DNA from: Planctomycetota bacterium
Lineage (GTDB): Bacteria > Planctomycetota > UBA8108 > SXIK01
Length of the DNA stretch: 64,000 nucleotides
NCBI GenBank assembly: GCA_965223845.1
Contig: CBDCXR010000004.1
Location: 3,392,001 to 3,456,000, forward strand
Reading direction: 5' to 3'
The position numbers and the translations under genes were made by a program. The notes below the pieces were generated by a model. The model was given only the letters and a program-made list of their open reading frames with translations. It searched no databases and was not told the origin of the DNA. Positions 64,000 through 64,000 of this stretch are shown here, piece by piece (the stretch's first letter is position 1; every line of letters starts with the position of its first letter).

Positions 64000-64000
64000 T

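Overview
High-GC bacterial chromosomal segment, probably an uncultured Planctomycetota lineage. This is inferred from three dockerin-like 'F(R/V)RGDxNxDGxxNxxD' secreted proteins, planctomycete-type prenyltransferase/cyclase-fold membrane proteins, and many HEAT, TPR and LTD exported proteins. Housekeeping genes: aroC, thiE, thiS-thiG, murD, NAD kinase, groES-groEL, apt, tkt, an RNase II-family nuclease, UDP-glucuronate decarboxylase and a short SigA-like sigma factor. No rRNA, tRNA, CRISPR, prophage or transposase was recognised. Most notable: (1) a translationally coupled M12 metalloprotease with a GlyGly-CTERM tail plus a rhombosortase; (2) a tandem pair of prenyltransferase/squalene-cyclase-fold proteins with TonB-like SxxxH anchors, whose promoter shares two 8-mers with the upstream region of the neighbouring double-HTH/S24 repressor, next to a CAAX-type protease; (3) a complete sigma54 promoter architecture between a GAF-bEBP and a receiver protein upstream of groESL, which has no canonical CIRCE; (4) a TPP-riboswitch-like motif in the long leader of transketolase; (5) a ~250-bp nested inverted-repeat element and a 111-bp palindromic tandem repeat. 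All calls come from reading motifs by eye; no database searches were run.
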